From: Nitrospirota bacterium
GTDB lineage: Bacteria > Nitrospirota > UBA9217
Assembly (NCBI GenBank): GCA_963749655.1
Contig: CAVVOB010000024.1
Location: forward strand, 64,001 to 128,000
Reading direction: 5' to 3'
DNA: 64,000 nt
Below are positions 61,031 through 64,000 of this stretch, piece by piece (the first letter of the stretch is position 1; each line of letters begins with the position of its first letter). The translations under genes and the position numbers were made by a program. The notes beneath the pieces are model-generated. The model worked only from the letters and a program-made list of their open reading frames with translations, made no database searches and was not told where the DNA came from.

Positions 61031-61734
61031 GGAGCCTCCCGTTCCCTCTTCGCAAGGTCAGCGTGCAGAGCATGCTGCAGGAGGTCGGGTTTTACCTGGG
61101 CTACGAACCGCACGACCGCGCCGGTAATCGCTGCTTCTATGATCCAGCCCAGGGAGCCGAGTCCGAGCGCCATGGCCGAAAATCTTCCCACGGAAATCGG
61201 ACCTCCCTGCTCGCCGGCTTCATGACCATGGTGGTCGAGAAAGGCCACCGGATGGGCATTCGAAACGGCTACAATGCCGATGAGGAGACCGGTAGTAATC
61301 AGGAGTGTGATGACGGTGGCCACCGCAGCCCGCCAGAACAGAGGTACCCTATTCCCCAGTAGTGAAAAAAAGGCGTGCCCGAGGACAGCTTCGGACCCAA
61401 GAAGCAGTGTATTCAGCCCAATGACGGTGATTCCGCCGTGTCCGATGAGCGCAAGCATAAAGTTTACTATAAAGGCGGCCACAAAGCCCAGTGCCGGACC
61501 GAGCAGAATGCCGGTAACCACCGTCAGGTTGATATGGTATGCAAGGGGCACAATTTCCAGGCTCATTGACACGAGCATGACCGCAGAGAGTGCTCCGAGG
61601 AGCGGAATCTGCCTCCTCTTATCCTCACCCTTGAGTCGATAGAGGCTGAAACCCATGATGAGCGCCATCATAAAAAAACCGAGCACCCAGAGCCAAACGG
61701 GCAACATGCCGTCCGGTATATGCATATGCGTCAT
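61027..61734 (-). CDS. cbiM: ECF Co/Ni S component (CbiM/NikM family)
   Basis: MHIPDG, GILLGP, GHGGITVIGLN; start is either 61734 or 61725. Confidence 0.85.
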   Translation of the reverse strand: MTHMHIPDGMLPVWLWVLGFFMMALIMGFSLYRLKGEDKRRQIPLLGALSAVMLVSMSLEIVPLAYHINLTVVTGILLGPALGFVAAFIVNFMLALIGHGGITVIGLNTLLLGSEAVLGHAFFSLLGNRVPLFWRAAVATVITLLITTGLLIGIVAVSNAHPVAFLDHHGHEAGEQGGPISVGRFSAMALGLGSLGWIIEAAITGAVVRFVAQVKPDLLQHALHADLAKREREAP

Positions 61735-61765
61735 AAGTCGCGAACCCCGCCATGGAATCGTTCGT

Positions 61766-62167
61766 CTATCCCCGCGAATCGCGGTCATCACCTTTGTGAA
61801 CGCGCTTGATGAAGATGAACGTTCCGTCGTCGCCGATGAACATGTTTAACATCCAGCTGATAATACTAATGAGCAAAGCGCCGAAGAAAGCCGAGCGAAA
61901 GGACTCAATGACGAATCCCGGCACCACCTGTGAAACAAGTTTAAGCATGGCCGCATTGATGACCAGGGTAAACAGCCCAAGAGTCAAAAGGTTTATCGGC
62001 AGGGTAAGTATCAGGACAACAGGCCTGATGACCGCATTTACAACACCGAAAATTCCGGCAGCAACGACACCCATGGTGATGCTCTGAATTCGAATTCCCG
62101 GAATGACCGACCCGGCTATCACCAGCGCCAGCAGGTTGATCGACCAGCGCAGAAAAAAACCGAACAT
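61766..62167 (-). CDS. 4-TM holin-superfamily (YvlD-like) membrane protein
   Basis: GVVNAVIRPV..LTLPINLLTLGLFTLVINA...AFFGALLIS; AGGAGG RBS. Confidence 0.88.
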   Translation of the reverse strand: MFGFFLRWSINLLALVIAGSVIPGIRIQSITMGVVAAGIFGVVNAVIRPVVLILTLPINLLTLGLFTLVINAAMLKLVSQVVPGFVIESFRSAFFGALLISIISWMLNMFIGDDGTFIFIKRVHKGDDRDSRG

Positions 62168-62555
62168 GGAGCCTCCTGAATAAAAAAATAGTATCATACT
62201 TAGCACGTATTTGCAACACGGGAGTGGCTGACCCACGAGGAGTTCCTTCGTATTTTGCCTGCTGCATCGGGAAGGAAACCATTTCCCTGACGAAATGCTT
62301 GAGAAATATATGCGGGTGATTGCCGTTGCTGCGCTTTTCGGACCGATCTTGCCGGCGGTCTGATTCCCTCCCCTGCAGACGGGCAAAAATAACTGCTGAC
62401 CTGCGCTGGAGCCCGAGTCACCCGCTTTTTTTGCTTCAGCCTCCTTGTGTTTCCCGGGTGATGCAAAAACGCGTCCGAGCCTTTCAGAATACCTGAAACG
62501 AAAGCGCCTTCATGCGGCTGCATCTGGTCGTGACAACACACGGCGACGCAGACAA

Positions 62556-62584
62556 CTTATATAGAGCGAACGACGGATTGTCAA
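62556..62584 (-). promoter_or_regulatory. Putative sigma70 promoter
   Basis: TTGACA-17 nt-TATAAG on the minus strand, divergent from the aminotransferase. Confidence 0.45.
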
Positions 62585-62698
62585 GTCATTTTCCTTCACT
62601 GCTTTTCAAGAAACTCGTTGACTTTGCATTGCTTCTATGCTAAAAAAATCAAGCATATATACACATCCGAGAGCGACAGAAAGGGCAAACGAACAATA

Positions 62699-63892
62699 AT
62701 GGGCATCGCGAAACGCGCACAGGCAATTAAACCTTCTCCCACCCTCGCAACAGCCGCCAAAGCCAAGGCGATGAAGGCTCAGGGAATCGATGTGGTAGAT
62801 TTCGGCGTCGGGGAGCCTGATTTTGACACTCCGGAAAATGTGAAGCAGGCAGGCATCAAGGCCATTCAGTCGGGCTTCACCAAATATACGCCGGCGGGCG
62901 GAACGGATGAACTGAAGGATGCGGTCATCGAAAAATTCAGGAAGGACAACGGTCTGCAGTATGAAAAATCCCAAATTCTGATCTCCTGCGGCGCAAAGCA
63001 CAGTCTGTACAATATCGCCGAGGCATTGTTCGACCCTGGGAACGAGGTCATCATCCCTGCCCCCTACTGGGTGTCCTATCCCGACCAGGTGCTCCTGAAT
63101 GACGCTGTTCCGGTCATTGTCGAAACCACGGAAGAAGAAGGATTCAAACTGTCGGCGTCGAAGCTTGAAAAGGCTATCACCAAAAAAACCAAGGCGCTCG
63201 TCCTGAACAGCCCTTCCAATCCGACGGGGCTCGCGTATGACCGGAAAACGCTGGAGGACATCGCAGCCGTCGTCGTCAAACACAATCTGTATGTCATATC
63301 CGACGAAATCTACGAGAAGCTCATCTACGACGGATTCACCCACACGAGTATCGCTACTCTCGGTCCGGAGATCAAGAACCTTACCATCGTCGTGAACGGT
63401 GTGTCTAAGTCTCACTCCATGACCGGTTGGCGAATCGGCTATGCAGCAGGCCCAAAGGACGTAATCTCGGCAATGTCGAACATCCAGAGTCAGAGCACAT
63501 CCAATCCAACTTCCATATCCCAGAAAGCGGCCGTTGAGGCGCTTCGGGGCCCCCAGGACTTTATCGGAACCATGAACAAGGAATTCGACAAGCGCCGCAG
63601 GTACATGGTGGACCGGTTGAATCGCATTCCCGGGGTTTCTTGCCTGAAACCCGTCGGCGCCTTTTATGCTTTCCCCCGCGTTTCCGCCCTCTACGGAAAG
63701 AGCATCAAGGGACGGCCCATCAGGAACTCATCCGACCTTGCCGCCTATCTTTTGGAAGATGCGAAAGTGGCGTTGGTATCGGGTGATGCATTCGGCGCCG
63801 ATGCGTACATCCGCCTTTCCTATGCGACATCCATGGAAGCCATTCAGAAGGGTCTCGACCGAATCGAGCAGGCTGTTCAATCGCTCGCCTGA
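62699..63892 (+). CDS. aspC: PLP-dependent aspartate aminotransferase (class I)
   Basis: GEPDFDTP, PYWVSYP, NSPSNPTG, SDEIYE, SKSHSMTGWRIG, IRLSYA. Confidence 0.92.
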   Translation: MGIAKRAQAIKPSPTLATAAKAKAMKAQGIDVVDFGVGEPDFDTPENVKQAGIKAIQSGFTKYTPAGGTDELKDAVIEKFRKDNGLQYEKSQILISCGAKHSLYNIAEALFDPGNEVIIPAPYWVSYPDQVLLNDAVPVIVETTEEEGFKLSASKLEKAITKKTKALVLNSPSNPTGLAYDRKTLEDIAAVVVKHNLYVISDEIYEKLIYDGFTHTSIATLGPEIKNLTIVVNGVSKSHSMTGWRIGYAAGPKDVISAMSNIQSQSTSNPTSISQKAAVEALRGPQDFIGTMNKEFDKRRRYMVDRLNRIPGVSCLKPVGAFYAFPRVSALYGKSIKGRPIRNSSDLAAYLLEDAKVALVSGDAFGADAYIRLSYATSMEAIQKGLDRIEQAVQSLA

Positions 63893-63948
63893 TTTCGGGC
63901 ACGCCTGGCCGGCGGGCCCCTCCCCAACAGACCGAAGGAGGTATCGAT

Positions 63949-64000
63949 ATGGTTATGAAAATACTCACTGTGGTTCTGGCGGTACTGCTCGTTGCTGCAC
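63949..64000 (+). CDS. 5' end of an exported protein (truncated by window)
   Basis: AAGGAGGT RBS followed by MVMKILTVVLAVLLVAA, a signal-peptide-like sequence. Confidence 0.65.
   Translation, partial: MVMKILTVVLAVLLVAA

Noticed and set aside
61766-62167. Holin as evidence of a prophage
   Set aside because: This 4-TM family is common in non-phage contexts, and no integrase, lysin or structural genes are nearby.
62170-62550. Cobalamin or NiCo riboswitch upstream of the cbiM operon
   Set aside because: No B12-box or other recognisable consensus found by eye; an Rfam scan would be needed to exclude it.

Overview
Bacterial chromosomal segment of fairly high GC. Gene order and content suggest a diderm, probably Nitrospirota or Deltaproteobacteria-like (inference only). 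Many genes in the first ~36 kb, including essential dnaB, are broken by single-base frame changes, which are best explained as long-read consensus errors. From left to right: (i) a minus-strand housekeeping run pdxJ-acpS-nnr-CBS-tsaE-nadK-UDG4-like-mutS, then rplI-dnaB; (ii) an FlgT-N-like exported protein, a terminator and a multi-hairpin element; (iii) a minus-strand block patatin-GDPD-glpD-folD variant and an orphan triple-CheW/TM/LysM protein; (iv) a plus-strand surface-glycan cluster (wHTH regulator, rfbF, rfbG, C-methyltransferase, rfbC, rfbD, flippase, glycosyltransferases) converging on a minus-strand glycosylation block that includes a TPR-less TMTC-like GT-C and a DPM1-like GT2/DUF2304 pair; (v) DUF2062, thiL, lon, galU and alr-mlaEFD; (vi) holin-family gene, CbiMQO-type ECF transporter, an output-less GAF-PAS sensor, lptCAB-rpoN-hpf-ptsN-hprK-rapZ, mannose-type PTS IIABCD, HPr and EI; (vii) an aspartate aminotransferase. 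I found no rRNA, tRNA, CRISPR array or intact transposase. The best leads are the CheWx3-TM-LysM fusion, the PtsP-like GAF-PAS protein upstream of a GAF-less EI, a family of inverted repeats with 7-10 nt periodic arms at gene junctions and inside genes, and active-site-divergent FolD and UDG.
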